From sequence record SRR31156797_2488: 33,130 nucleotides of DNA. One strand, given 5' to 3'. A model generated the notes under the pieces. That model was not told the DNA's origin. It did not search any database and saw nothing but the letters and a program-made list of their open reading frames with translations. Positions 1 to 10,402 of this stretch are shown one piece after another. Position 1 is the stretch's first letter, and the number at the start of each line of letters is the position of its first letter. A program made the position numbers and the translations under genes.

Positions 1-1374
1 ACCGCGAGTATCTTGAATAGAGATACGTTTACCTGAACCGTTCCAACCGGTGTTAACGAGGTAAGCTTCAGCACCTGCCGCTTCCATACGTTTAACCAGT
101 ACTTCAGCGTACTTGGTTGGGTGCAGTGTTAAGAATGCCGCACCGAAACACGCTGAGAAGGTTGGTGTTGGTTCCGTGATACCACGCTCAGTACCTGCAA
201 GTTTCGCAGTAAAGCCTGAAAGGAAGTGGTACTTCGTTTGCTCTGGTGTCAATTTAGATACAGGAGGCAGCACACCAAATGCGTCAGCAGACAGGAAGAT
301 AACTTTATTTGCGTGACCACCTTTCGATACTGGTTTCACGATGTTGTCGATATGGTAAATCGGGTAAGAAACACGGGTGTTCTCTGTTTTTGAACCATCG
401 TCGAAATCGATTGAACCATCGGCGCGAACTGTCACGTTTTCTAGTAGAGCATCACGGCGGATTGCGTTGTAGATATCAGGTTCCGCTTCTTTCGATAGTT
501 TGATGGTTTTCGCGTAACAACCACCTTCGAAGTTAAATACGCCATCGTCGTCCCAACCGTGCTCATCGTCACCGATCAGTGCGCGTTTAGGGTCGGTAGA
601 CAGAGTTGTTTTACCTGTGCCCGATAGACCGAAGAATATTGCTACGTCACCATCTTTGCCCATGTTCGCTGAACAGTGCATAGATGCTATGCCTTGAAGA
701 GGTAGGAAGTAGTTCATCATTGCGAACATACCTTTCTTCATTTCACCGCCGTACCAAGTACCACCGATCAGTTGCATTTTCTCTGTGAGGTTGAAAACCG
801 TAAAGTTTTCAGAGTTCAGACCTTGCTCTTCCCACTTAGAGTTTGTGCATTTGGCGCCATTCATAACCACGAAATCTGGTTCGAAAGTCGCAAGTTCTTC
901 ATCGCTTGGACGAATGAACATGTTTTTCACGAAGTGTGCTTGCCATGCTACTTCAGTAATGAAGCGAACACGTAAGCGAGTATCGGCGTTTGCACCACAA
1001 TAACCGTCGAAAACAAATAGACGTTTCCCAGAAAGCTGTTTATTAACTAAAGCTTTTAGATCATTCCAAACCGCTTGGCTAATTGGTTTGTTGTCGTTTT
1101 TCGCTTGCTCTGACGTCCACCACATAGTGTCACGTGTAGTGTCATCGTTAACGATAAACTTATCTTTTGGTGAACGACCAGTAAAAATACCAGTGTCCAC
1201 TGCTACTGCTCCCAGCTCTGTCACTACGCCTTTTTCGTAACCTTCAAGATCTGAGCGAGTCTCTTCTGCGAATAGCGTTTCGTAACTTGGGTTGTGAACG
1301 ACTTCAGTTACGTTAGTTATTCCGTATTGGGTTAGGTCTAATTGTGCAGCCTTAGTATGTTCCATAACGGTCAT
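1..1374 (-). CDS. pckA: Phosphoenolpyruvate carboxykinase (ATP); partial, 3' end runs off the window start
   Basis: Not in the ORF track because it is truncated. Manual translation from ATG at 1374 gives [18 protein letters not shown]...TGRSPKDK...[12 protein letters not shown] (Walker A)...LIGDDEHGW...[23 protein letters not shown] lies upstream. Confidence 0.97.
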   Translation of the reverse strand, partial: MTVMEHTKAAQLDLTQYGITNVTEVVHNPSYETLFAEETRSDLEGYEKGVVTELGAVAVDTGIFTGRSPKDKFIVNDDTTRDTMWWTSEQAKNDNKPISQAVWNDLKALVNKQLSGKRLFVFDGYCGANADTRLRVRFITEVAWQAHFVKNMFIRPSDEELATFEPDFVVMNGAKCTNSKWEEQGLNSENFTVFNLTEKMQLIGGTWYGGEMKKGMFAMMNYFLPLQGIASMHCSANMGKDGDVAIFFGLSGTGKTTLSTDPKRALIGDDEHGWDDDGVFNFEGGCYAKTIKLSKEAEPDIYNAIRRDALLENVTVRADGSIDFDDGSKTENTRVSYPIYHIDNIVKPVSKGGHANKVIFLSADAFGVLPPVSKLTPEQTKYHFLSGFTAKLAGTERGITEPTPTFSACFGAAFLTLHPTKYAEVLVKRMEAAGAEAYLVNTGWNGSGKRISIQDTRG

Positions 1375-1650
1375 AGGTGCTCCTTATAAGGATTTTTTTG
1401 TAGGGATTTTGTAATAATATTTGTAATTGTAATCTGTAAACCATGCTAGCAACGGGTCTGGGAGAAAACAGGGAGATAGTTCAAAAATTATCCACTTATT
1501 TCCTGTGGTTTTAGGTGACTCGTCACATATCTTGGTCTAAGCATTTTATCTTGTTGTTAAACCGATATGCCAGCGTAAATAAATTATTAATCTTAAAAAA
1601 TTAAGTATGGCATTCTGTTGCGGTACGTATTGATTTTATTGACTTTTGAT

Positions 1651-1684
1651 CACAAAAAGAGCCAGCTTTAAGCTGGCTCTTGTG
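1651..1684 (-). terminator. Intrinsic terminator downstream of hslO
   Basis: Inverted repeat AAGAGCCAGCT/AGCTGGCTCTT followed by a T-run on the minus strand. Confidence 0.85.
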
Positions 1685-1715
1685 CGGTTTTTACGTGCTT
1701 GTTGTTTTTAGTGAA

Positions 1716-2606
1716 TTAATGCAAAGTTTGTTGTTTATCATTGGCTTGAGTGTACAACTCTTCAACTTCTGCTGAATTGAAAGAATATGTTGTGCCACAG
1801 TAATCACAATGTAAAGAAATTGAACCTTCTTCGGCCAAAATGTCATTAATTTCATCTCGGTTAACAGTAACAATTGCTGCACCACTACGATCCCGAGAGC
1901 AACCGCAATGAAATTCAACCGGTTGTGGTTCAAAAACTTTTACTTGCTCTTGGTTATATAAGCGATATAGCAACTCGTTTGCTTCTAAAGTGAAAAGCTC
2001 TTCGTTTTTCACCGTGTCAGTGAGTTGCTCTAAATGTTCGAAATCTTCAGGTGTACCTGTACCATCTGGAACAACTTGCAATAGCATACCGGCAGCGTGA
2101 GGTTTGCCATCTTGCTCGCCAATACGAATCCATAAGCGAGTCTTTAGCTGCTCTGAACGCAGGAAGTAGTTTTCCAGTACTTCAGCAATGTCATTACCTT
2201 CTAAGCCAACCACACCTTGGTAGCGTTCACCTTTCTTCGGTTCGATAGTAATCACCAAATGGCCTTTACCCATTAAGTCGTGTAGACCCGCGTCATCGGC
2301 AATATCGCCTTCCCAACGAGCAACACCACGAATTTTCTGATTGTTATCACCATTAATGACTGCCAGAGAAACAGGGCCATCACCTTGTAATTGCATCGTG
2401 ATAGAACCTTCAAACTTCAATGTTGCAGTCAGTAGCGTTGTTGCAACCAGCAGCTCGCCTAGCAATGTTTGAATAGGGGCTGGGTATTCCTTGCTCGTGA
2501 TAATTTGTTGGTACGCTTTATCCAGCTGTACCAGCTCACCGCGAACCGATAAGTCTTCAAATAGGTAGCGATTTAATACGTTTGTCGCCTTTGCGCTTGT
2601 AGTCAT
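1716..2606 (-). CDS. hslO: Hsp33 redox-regulated chaperone
   Basis: [17 protein letters not shown]-terminus, C-terminal zinc motif CGCS...CDYC, and adjacency to hslR. Confidence 0.96.
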   Translation of the reverse strand: MTTSAKATNVLNRYLFEDLSVRGELVQLDKAYQQIITSKEYPAPIQTLLGELLVATTLLTATLKFEGSITMQLQGDGPVSLAVINGDNNQKIRGVARWEGDIADDAGLHDLMGKGHLVITIEPKKGERYQGVVGLEGNDIAEVLENYFLRSEQLKTRLWIRIGEQDGKPHAAGMLLQVVPDGTGTPEDFEHLEQLTDTVKNEELFTLEANELLYRLYNQEQVKVFEPQPVEFHCGCSRDRSGAAIVTVNRDEINDILAEEGSISLHCDYCGTTYSFNSAEVEELYTQANDKQQTLH

Positions 2607-2625
2607 AAGGAATAATCCGGCTTAG

Positions 2626-3012
2626 TTACTGATGTTTGAATTTTAGAATATCTCGACGCTGTTTTTTATCTGGTCGACGATCTGGGCTTGGATTGTGTGC
2701 GTTTAATTTGCGTGCCAACGCATGACGCTCACGTTTTTCTATACTCTCAGGCGTTTCTGAATAGAGGGTTTGCGCTTCCGGTGCACCGCGCCTTTGATCC
2801 GATACCTTTTCAATGGTGACGGTTTTTTCTTCATTACCTTGACGCAGAGTAATCACTGCGCCAAGTTCGACAATCTTGCTCGGTTTAGAGCGTTGGCCAT
2901 TATAATGAACTTTGCCACCATCGACCATATTTCGTGCAATTGAACGGGTTTTGTAGAATCTCGCGGCCCATAGCCATTTATCGAGCCTAACCGCTTCGTC
3001 AGTGGAACTCAT
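2626..3012 (-). CDS. hslR: Hsp15 ribosome-associated heat shock protein (S4 domain)
   Basis: VRLDKWLWAARFYKTRS...GGKVHYNG and C-terminal RRPDKKQRR. Confidence 0.97.
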   Translation of the reverse strand: MSSTDEAVRLDKWLWAARFYKTRSIARNMVDGGKVHYNGQRSKPSKIVELGAVITLRQGNEEKTVTIEKVSDQRRGAPEAQTLYSETPESIEKRERHALARKLNAHNPSPDRRPDKKQRRDILKFKHQ

Positions 3013-3031
3013 TGTGTTTAATGACCTCTAA
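3004..3031 (+). promoter_or_regulatory. Putative sigmaE (RpoE) promoter for the eps operon
   Basis: GGAACTC-N16-TCTAA versus consensus GGAACTT-N16-TC(T/A)AA. It points toward epsC. SigmaE control of eps is established in V. cholerae. Confidence 0.65.
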
Positions 3032-3060
3032 TTACTGCTCACAAACTTTGATGATGTTTT

Positions 3061-3088
3061 AAGTGGTGTTTAAAGCTCAGAATTTCAA
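3061..3088 (-). promoter_or_regulatory. Putative sigma32 (RpoH) promoter for hslR-hslO
   Basis: Minus strand TTGAAA-N14-CACCACTT versus consensus TTGAAA-N13/14-CCCCATNT, upstream of known heat-shock genes. Confidence 0.7.
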
Positions 3089-3293
3089 CCGAATCGAAAA
3101 ATTAATAATAGAAAAAAACATCAATTATCTATTAATGTTATATTAGCCCACTTGTCATTTATTTTGATGATTAAGTCTATGGATTCATCAATCATAAATA
3201 GGTTTTAGGCATATTAAAAAGTTACTTAAAAGGGAATAGATTAAAGAGAATGTTGATGAATAATCTCGATTTTCGAATAAGCGGACAGTTAAA

Positions 3294-4139
3294 GTGTTGA
3301 AAAAACTATCTCAATGGCAAAATACCCTCAGCGTTAGTCTTACCCTTGTTTTATTGTCTCTGTCTGCATGGATATTAGGTCAAATGGTATGGATGGTTCA
3401 GACTGAGTCATCTATCAGTTCCCAATGGACGCCAGCACAAGGTGCAGGGCCGACTGACCGCCAACAACTCGATCTGAGCTCTCTACAAAAAGGTGTTTTA
3501 TTTGGAGAGTATTCTGAATCGGCACCAGAAGTGGTGGTTCAAAAAGTGGTGGAGGCGCCAAAAACAAGACTCAACCTCACTTTGGTTGGTGTTGTTGCCA
3601 GTAATGATGCGAGTAAAAACCTAGCTGTGATAGCCAATAGAGGCTCTCAAGCCACTTATGGCATCAATGAAACTATCGACGGCACAAGGGCTAAATTAAA
3701 AGCGGTGCTGCCTGATAGAGTGATCATTGATAATTCTGGCCGAGATGAAACGTTAATGTTGGAAGGAATTGATTACTCTAAACGGAGCACCGTTGCTCAG
3801 AGGTCAAGTGTTCGTTCTTCAGAGCCCAGCCAAGATAAATTAGCCTCTATTCGCGAGGCCATCTTGAATAACCCACAAGATATTTTTCAATATGTTCGAC
3901 TTTCCCAAGTGAAAGAAGAGGGCCGAATAGTGGGCTATCGAGTGAGTCCGGGTAAAGATGCGGCTTTGTTTGAGTCGGTAGGCCTGAAAAATGGCGATAT
4001 CGCCATTGAATTTAATGGTTTTGATTTAACAAGACCTGACGTGATGAACGATTTGGCTCGCGCAGTGTCAGACATGACGGAAATAAACCTATCTGTTCTC
4101 CGCGACGGGCAGCAACATGATATCTACATACAATTATAA
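3294..4139 (+). CDS. epsC: Type II secretion protein C (TM helix, HR and PDZ domains); start codon uncertain
   Basis: APKTRLNLTLVGVVAS (HR domain), GYRVSPGKD (PDZ), and first position in the cluster. Confidence 0.93.
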   Translation: MLKKLSQWQNTLSVSLTLVLLSLSAWILGQMVWMVQTESSISSQWTPAQGAGPTDRQQLDLSSLQKGVLFGEYSESAPEVVVQKVVEAPKTRLNLTLVGVVASNDASKNLAVIANRGSQATYGINETIDGTRAKLKAVLPDRVIIDNSGRDETLMLEGIDYSKRSTVAQRSSVRSSEPSQDKLASIREAILNNPQDIFQYVRLSQVKEEGRIVGYRVSPGKDAALFESVGLKNGDIAIEFNGFDLTRPDVMNDLARAVSDMTEINLSVLRDGQQHDIYIQL

Positions 4140-4173
4140 TACTGACGTATTAGCTTCAGCTTAGGGAGTTTTT

Positions 4174-6201
4174 GTGAAGCATTGGCTTAAAAAAAGTGCA
4201 TGGCTGCTCGCCAGTAGTTTATTGGTTTCACCAGTCGCTTTAGCGAGTGAATTTAGCGCGAGCTTTAAGGGCACTGATATTCAGGAGTTCGTGAATATTG
4301 TCGGGCGAAACCTTGAAAAAACCATTATTGTCGACCCATCGGTGCGCGGCAAAATTGATGTTCGCAGTTACGACACGCTAAACGATGAACAGTATTACAG
4401 CTTCTTCTTAAACGTACTCGAAGTATACGGTTACGCGGTTATCGAAATGGATAACGGTGTGTTGAAAGTCGTTAAATCGAAAGACGCGAAGACCTCTCCA
4501 GTCCCTGTTATTGGTGATAATGATCGTGCGAGCGGTGATGCGGTTGTCACTCAGGTTGTTGCGGTTAAAAACGTCTCGGTTAGAGAACTCTCTCCTCTAT
4601 TACGTCAGCTGATTGATAATGCGGGTGCGGGTAACGTAGTCCATTACGATCCAGCCAATATCATTCTGATCACAGGACGCGCTGCAGTGGTTAACCGCCT
4701 AGCTGAAATTGTTCGTCGTGTTGATCAGGCGGGTGATAAAGACATTGAAGTGGTTGACCTTAAAAATGCTTCTGCTGCCGAGATGGTGCGCATTGTCGAA
4801 GCCTTAAATAAAACCACCGATGCTAAAAATACCCCTGAATTTTTGCAGCCTAAATTGGTTGCCGATGATCGTACTAACTCTATTTTGATCTCAGGTGACC
4901 CTAAAGTACGCCAACGTCTAAGAAAACTCATTAAGCAGTTAGATGTTGAGATGGCGACTAAGGGTAACAATCGCGTTGTGTATCTGAAGTACGCACAAGC
5001 GGAAGAGATGGTTGACGTGCTTAAAGGCGTTTCAGAAAACCTGCAAGCGAAAGAGCAGCAAGGAGGACAAAAGGTCAGCCGTTCGAGCAATAACGAAATT
5101 ATGATTTCGGCTCATAAAGGCACGAACTCTTTGGTGATCACTGCGCCACAAGACATGATGAATGCCTTACTGGACGTGATTGCTCAGCTTGATATCCGCC
5201 GTGCTCAGGTACTCATTGAAGCGTTGATTGTCGAAATGTCAGAAGGCGATGGCGTTAACCTTGGCGTCCAGTGGGGGTCATTGGACAGCGGTTCAGTGAT
5301 TCAATATGGCAACACTGGTGCTTCGATCGGTAATGTGATGGTGGGGCTGGAAGAAGCGAAAGATCAAACCACGACGGAGTACTATTATGACTCCGCGGGT
5401 AACCGTCATCCTTATGATTCAACCGAATCTGGTGATTACAGCTCGTTAGCCACCGCGCTTTCGGGCTTAAACGGAGCCGCAGTGAGTATCATGATGGGTG
5501 ACTGGACAGCGCTGCTTAGTGCCGTATCCAGCGATTCAAACTCCAACATTCTATCTTCTCCAAGTATTACCGTAATGGACAATGGTGAAGCCTCTTTTAT
5601 CGTTGGTGAAGAAGTTCCGGTAATTACGGGTTCTGCTGCAAGTTCTAACAATGAAAACCCATTCCAGACGGTCGATCGTAAAGAAGTGGGTATCAAGCTA
5701 AAAGTTGTGCCACAAATTAACGAAGGTGATTCGGTTCAGCTTAAGATCGAACAAGAAGTTTCCAACGTATTAGGCGCGAATGGGGCGGTTGACGTCCGTT
5801 TTGCTAAGCGCCAGTTAAACACCTCTGTGATGGTTCAAGATGGTCAAATGCTGGTACTGGGCGGTCTGATTGATGAACGAGCGTTGGAGAGCGAGTCTAA
5901 AGTTCCGCTGTTAGGTGACATTCCATTCTTAGGCTATTTGTTTAAATCAACCAGCACACAGGTTGAGAAGAAAAATCTAATGGTCTTCATCAAACCGACC
6001 ATCATTCGCGACGGCATGACTGCTGATGGTTTAACTCAGCGCAAATACAATTACATCCGTGCCGAGCAGTTGTTTAAAGCTGATGAAGGTTTGAAGCTCA
6101 TGGACGACAGCAACATTCCTGTGTTACCTAAATTTGGTGAAGAGCGTCGTCACCCAGCCGAAATCCAAGCATTCCTAGATCAAATGGAAATTAAGCAATG
6201 A
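4174..6201 (+). CDS. epsD: Type II secretion secretin D
   Basis: Signal peptide, [14 protein letters not shown]0 domain, secretin domain [15 protein letters not shown], and C-terminal S-domain. Confidence 0.97.
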   Translation: MKHWLKKSAWLLASSLLVSPVALASEFSASFKGTDIQEFVNIVGRNLEKTIIVDPSVRGKIDVRSYDTLNDEQYYSFFLNVLEVYGYAVIEMDNGVLKVVKSKDAKTSPVPVIGDNDRASGDAVVTQVVAVKNVSVRELSPLLRQLIDNAGAGNVVHYDPANIILITGRAAVVNRLAEIVRRVDQAGDKDIEVVDLKNASAAEMVRIVEALNKTTDAKNTPEFLQPKLVADDRTNSILISGDPKVRQRLRKLIKQLDVEMATKGNNRVVYLKYAQAEEMVDVLKGVSENLQAKEQQGGQKVSRSSNNEIMISAHKGTNSLVITAPQDMMNALLDVIAQLDIRRAQVLIEALIVEMSEGDGVNLGVQWGSLDSGSVIQYGNTGASIGNVMVGLEEAKDQTTTEYYYDSAGNRHPYDSTESGDYSSLATALSGLNGAAVSIMMGDWTALLSAVSSDSNSNILSSPSITVMDNGEASFIVGEEVPVITGSAASSNNENPFQTVDRKEVGIKLKVVPQINEGDSVQLKIEQEVSNVLGANGAVDVRFAKRQLNTSVMVQDGQMLVLGGLIDERALESESKVPLLGDIPFLGYLFKSTSTQVEKKNLMVFIKPTIIRDGMTADGLTQRKYNYIRAEQLFKADEGLKLMDDSNIPVLPKFGEERRHPAEIQAFLDQMEIKQ

Positions 6202-7694
6202 TTGAGGTAGCGACTCCAATAACTCGTCGATTGCCATTCAGTTTTGCTAATCGTTTTAAGCTGGTATTGGAATGGGACAACAGTTTCACGGTGGCAACGA
6301 TTTATTATGTTGCACCGGTGTCTGTGGCTGCTCTGTCGGAAGTGAAGCGAGTCGTTCAACGTCAATTGAATTTGATTGAGCTTAATGCTGAAGACTTCGA
6401 GAGCAAACTCACACAGGTCTATCAGCGAGACTCTTCAGAAGCCCGTCAATTGATGGAAGATATTGGCGCTGATAGCGATGATTTCTTCTCTCTTGCCGAA
6501 GAGTTACCACAAAGCGAAGACTTACTTGAGTCTGATGATGACGCGCCAATCATCAAGTTGATCAACGCCATGTTAGGTGAAGCGATCAAAGAAGGCGCTT
6601 CTGATATCCACATTGAAACATTCGAAAAGGCACTGTCAATCCGCTTCCGAGTGGACGGAGTGCTGCGTGATGTACTGACCCCAAGTCGTAAGTTGGCACC
6701 ATTGTTGGTTTCTCGTGTCAAAGTCATGGCGAAGCTGGATATCGCTGAAAAGCGGGTTCCGCAAGATGGACGTATTTCGCTTCGTATTGGCGGCCGTGCG
6801 GTGGATGTTCGTGTGTCTACCATGCCATCGTCTCATGGTGAGCGTGTCGTACTGCGTTTGTTGGATAAAAATGCCACGCGATTGGATCTACATAGCTTAG
6901 GCATGACGGAATCTAACCAGAAAAACTTCCGACGTCTGATTGAGCGTCCTCACGGTATCTTTTTGGTTACTGGCCCAACGGGCTCTGGTAAATCGACGAC
7001 CTTATATGCAGGCTTGCAAGAGCTCAATAGCAACGAACGTAACATTCTTACTGTTGAAGACCCAATCGAATTTGATATCGACGGTATCGGTCAAACTCAA
7101 GTAAACCCTAAGGTTGATATGACGTTTGCCCGAGGGTTGAGAGCGATTCTTCGTCAAGATCCGGATGTGGTGATGGTCGGGGAAGTTCGTGACTTGGAAA
7201 CGGCTCAAATCGCGGTTCAAGCGTCATTAACCGGTCACTTGGTCATGTCGACACTGCACACCAATACCGCGGTGGGTGCGATTACTCGTCTTCGTGATAT
7301 GGGTATCGAACCATTCCTTCTTTCATCATCACTGCTTGGCGTATTGGCTCAACGTTTAGTTCGAACCTTATGCCCAGACTGTAAAGAAGCGTATCCAGCC
7401 GATAACTCGCAGAAAAAACTGTTTGGTATGAAGAAAAAAGAGTCATTGACCTTATACCGAGCTACCGGTTGTCCACACTGTAATAACAAAGGTTACCGTG
7501 GACGAACTGGTATCCATGAGTTGCTGATTGTCGATGAAAACGTCCAGTCTTTGATTCACGACGAAGTGGGTGAACAAGCGATTGAGAAACAAGTGCGCGA
7601 GCATACGCCGAGTATTCGCCAAGATGGTCTAAATAAAGTGCTGCAAGGCATCACCTCATTAGAAGAAGTGATGCGAGTGACCAAGGAGTCTTAA
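6198..7694 (+). CDS. epsE: Type II secretion ATPase E
   Basis: Walker [22 protein letters not shown], tetracysteine CPDC/CPHC, and ATGA overlap with epsD. Confidence 0.98.
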   Translation: MIEVATPITRRLPFSFANRFKLVLEWDNSFTVATIYYVAPVSVAALSEVKRVVQRQLNLIELNAEDFESKLTQVYQRDSSEARQLMEDIGADSDDFFSLAEELPQSEDLLESDDDAPIIKLINAMLGEAIKEGASDIHIETFEKALSIRFRVDGVLRDVLTPSRKLAPLLVSRVKVMAKLDIAEKRVPQDGRISLRIGGRAVDVRVSTMPSSHGERVVLRLLDKNATRLDLHSLGMTESNQKNFRRLIERPHGIFLVTGPTGSGKSTTLYAGLQELNSNERNILTVEDPIEFDIDGIGQTQVNPKVDMTFARGLRAILRQDPDVVMVGEVRDLETAQIAVQASLTGHLVMSTLHTNTAVGAITRLRDMGIEPFLLSSSLLGVLAQRLVRTLCPDCKEAYPADNSQKKLFGMKKKESLTLYRATGCPHCNNKGYRGRTGIHELLIVDENVQSLIHDEVGEQAIEKQVREHTPSIRQDGLNKVLQGITSLEEVMRVTKES

Positions 7695-8914
7695 TGGCTG
7701 CATTTGAATACAAGGCTCTGGATGCTAAAGGTAAGCAGAAAAGCGGTGTTTTAGAAGGTGATAGCGCTCGTCAGGTGCGTCAGCGTCTGAAAGATCTCAA
7801 TCTCGTCCCTGTCGAAGTGATTGAGACCAAACTTAAAGCAGAAAAAAGTCGTTTGACATCGTTCAGTTTTAAGCGCGGTATTAGTACTCCTGATTTAGCA
7901 CTGATTACTCGTCAGCTCTCCACATTGGTTCAATCTGGGATGCCATTGGATGAGTGCTTAACCGCCGTTTCCGAACAAGCGGAAAAACCTCATATTCGCA
8001 ATATGATGGCAGCGGTTAAGGCGAAGGTAAATGAAGGGCATACACTGGCAGATAGCCTTGCTGATTACCCCCATGTGTTTGATGATCTGTTTCGCTCTAT
8101 GGTTTCAGCCGGGGAAAAGTCAGGTCATCTAGATGCGATTCTCGAACGTTTAGCCGACTACGCTGAAAAACGCCAGAAGATGCACTCTAAGCTACTGCAA
8201 GCGATGATTTATCCTATTGTACTAGTGGTCTTTGCTGTTGGGATCGTAGCGTTTTTGCTTGCCGCCGTAGTGCCGAAAATTGTTGGTCAGTTTGTCCAGA
8301 TGGGACAAGAGCTGCCAGCATCCACTCAATTTTTGTTGTCATCCAGTGAGTTCATTCAACACTGGGGACTGCAACTGCTGGTGGTTATCATTGTTGCTAT
8401 TTATCTAATTAAGTGGATGCTGACTAAGCCTAGCATGCGCTTAAAATGGGATAGAAAACTGATGCACTTACCTATGATTGGTAAGATCGCCAGAGGTTTG
8501 AATGCCTCACGATTTTCTCGAACATTATCGATTTGTGCTTCCAGCTCGATTCCCATTTTAGATGGAATGAGAATCGCCGTTGACGTGATGTCCAATCACT
8601 TTGCCAAACAGCAAGTCAGCGCAGCAGCGGACAGTGTGAGGGAAGGGATAAGCCTTCGCAAAGCGTTAACGGATACTAAACTCTTCCCACCGATGATGTT
8701 GCACATGATTGCCAGTGGTGAGCAAAGCGGTGAGCTAGAAAGCATGTTGACCCGAGCGGCGGACAACCAAGATGCGAGTTTTGAATCGACAATCAATATC
8801 GCTCTGGGTATTTTTACCCCGGCGTTAATTGCCGTGATGGCTGGAATGGTGTTGTTTATTGTCATGGCGACACTGATGCCAATTTTAGAAATGAATAATT
8901 TGATGACGAGATAA
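7694..8914 (+). CDS. epsF: Type II secretion inner membrane protein F
   Basis: [14 protein letters not shown] start and duplicated GEKSGHL/GEQSGEL motifs of the GspF/PilC family. Confidence 0.97.
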   Translation: MAAFEYKALDAKGKQKSGVLEGDSARQVRQRLKDLNLVPVEVIETKLKAEKSRLTSFSFKRGISTPDLALITRQLSTLVQSGMPLDECLTAVSEQAEKPHIRNMMAAVKAKVNEGHTLADSLADYPHVFDDLFRSMVSAGEKSGHLDAILERLADYAEKRQKMHSKLLQAMIYPIVLVVFAVGIVAFLLAAVVPKIVGQFVQMGQELPASTQFLLSSSEFIQHWGLQLLVVIIVAIYLIKWMLTKPSMRLKWDRKLMHLPMIGKIARGLNASRFSRTLSICASSSIPILDGMRIAVDVMSNHFAKQQVSAAADSVREGISLRKALTDTKLFPPMMLHMIASGEQSGELESMLTRAADNQDASFESTINIALGIFTPALIAVMAGMVLFIVMATLMPILEMNNLMTR

Positions 8915-8994
8915 CAATCCCTTGGCGGTCAGCCAATTTAGGAGTGTTATGTTGATAAAAACAACGTAATAGACTTTTGCAGTATGGAGCAAAA

Positions 8995-9438
8995 ATGAAA
9001 CAACGCAGTAAGAATCAGGCTGGTTTTACCCTTTTAGAAGTGATGGTCGTGATTGTTATTCTTGGTATTTTGGCAAGTTTTGTCGTGCCAAATCTGTTGG
9101 GTAACAAAGAAAAAGCAGACCAACAAAAAGCGATTACCGACATTGTTGCACTTGAAAACGCATTGGACATGTACAAGTTGGATAACAGTGTTTACCCAAC
9201 GACGGATCAAGGTCTTGATGCGCTGGTGACGAAACCTACCAATCCAGAACCACGCAACTACCGTGATGGCGGCTACATTCGTCGTCTGCCTCAAGATGCT
9301 TGGGGTAATGATTACCAGTACTTAAGTCCAGGCGATAATGGTGCGATCGACATTTTCTCTTTTGGTGCTGATGGCCAAGAAGGTGGGGATGGTATCAACG
9401 CTGATATTGGTAACTGGAATATCCAAGATTTCCAATAA
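8995..9438 (+). CDS. epsG: Major pseudopilin G
   Basis: Prepilin site G|FTLLEVMVVIVI and YPTTDQGLDAL. ATG at 8995 with SD GGAG is preferred over the track start at 8977. Confidence 0.97.
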   Translation: MKQRSKNQAGFTLLEVMVVIVILGILASFVVPNLLGNKEKADQQKAITDIVALENALDMYKLDNSVYPTTDQGLDALVTKPTNPEPRNYRDGGYIRRLPQDAWGNDYQYLSPGDNGAIDIFSFGADGQEGGDGINADIGNWNIQDFQ

Positions 9439-9447
9439 GGATGTAAA

Positions 9448-9469
9448 GGGGGCAATAGCCCCCGGTTTT
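9448..9469 (+). terminator. Intra-operon hairpin (attenuator or 3' stabiliser) after epsG
   Basis: GGGGGC-AATA-GCCCCC followed by GGTTTT. Confidence 0.55.
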
Positions 9470-9474
9470 CTGTT

Positions 9475-10062
9475 ATGAAGCAGTCTCGCGGTTTTACGCT
9501 ATTAGAAATCTTACTGGTACTGGTGCTGCTTTCGGTCAGTTCCGTTGCCGTGATCGCGACATTCCCTGTTTCACAAAAAGATGAAGCCAGAGCTGTTGCC
9601 CAGAGTTTGTATCAGCGGATTCAGCTACTCAATGAGGAGGCGATTCTCAGCGGTAGAGATTTTGGTTTGAGAGTTGATGAGCAAACCAGTGAGCTGCGAT
9701 TTCTCACGTTAACCGCAGAAGGCTGGCAGAAACTCGAAAAGAATCAGTTTAACTCAGAGCTGAAAGTCGACTCAGACTTGGTGTTGGATTTTCGCTTAGG
9801 TGGCGATGCATGGCTAAAGGATGACCGACTGTTCGAGCCGGGCTCTTTGTTCGATGAAGAGATGTTTGCTGAAGAGAAGAAAGAACTCCCACCGCAAATT
9901 TTCATATTGTCCAGTGGTGAAGTGACGGCATTCAGCATAGGTATTGCGCCTAAAACACGAGGCTCAAACGGCAGTGACTCTCAGGAGCGCTGGCAAATCG
10001 TCGTTGGTGATAACGGACAAATTAAGTTACTTGCGCCGGGAGAGCAAAATGACAAAGCATAA
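9475..10062 (+). CDS. epsH: Minor pseudopilin H
   Basis: Prepilin site RG|FTLLEILLVL, PQIFILSSGEVTAF, and gene order. Confidence 0.94.
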   Translation: MKQSRGFTLLEILLVLVLLSVSSVAVIATFPVSQKDEARAVAQSLYQRIQLLNEEAILSGRDFGLRVDEQTSELRFLTLTAEGWQKLEKNQFNSELKVDSDLVLDFRLGGDAWLKDDRLFEPGSLFDEEMFAEEKKELPPQIFILSSGEVTAFSIGIAPKTRGSNGSDSQERWQIVVGDNGQIKLLAPGEQNDKA

Positions 10063-10402
10063 AGGCTTTACGTTGCTTGAGGTGCTGGTGGCTTTAGCCA
10101 TATTTGCGACGGCGGCAATTAGTGTGATTCGTGCGGTTAGCCAGCATATTAATACCGTGAGTTATTTAGAAGAAAAAACCTTTGCTTCTATGGTGGTCGA
10201 TAACCAAATGGCTCAGGTACTGCTCGCTCCAAGTGACTTAAAGGCGAAAAGCGGAACCGAGCAGTTAGCCGGGCGGACATGGTTTTGGCAGGTGAAACCG
10301 GTCGAGACATCGAGTGGGTATTTACGTGCTTTTGATGTGAGTGTCTCGGTGGATAAAAGCTCAAGCCCTATTACCACGGTAAGAAGTTATGTCGCGCGCT
10401 AG
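10049..10402 (+). CDS. epsI: Minor pseudopilin I
   Basis: [19 protein letters not shown] from ATG 10049 with SD GGAG. The track start at 9944 overlaps epsH too far. Confidence 0.94.
   Translation: MTKHKGFTLLEVLVALAIFATAAISVIRAVSQHINTVSYLEEKTFASMVVDNQMAQVLLAPSDLKAKSGTEQLAGRTWFWQVKPVETSSGYLRAFDVSVSVDKSSSPITTVRSYVAR

Noticed and set aside
113..1003. Short plus-strand ORFs in the track (113, 309, 772, 785)
   Set aside because: They are antisense shadows of the truncated pckA CDS, which the track missed.
1512..1527. CRP-like GGTGA-CTCG-TCACA upstream of pckA
   Set aside because: The half-site spacing is 4 rather than 6, and at canonical spacing only one half matches. CRP control is plausible but not supported by this site.
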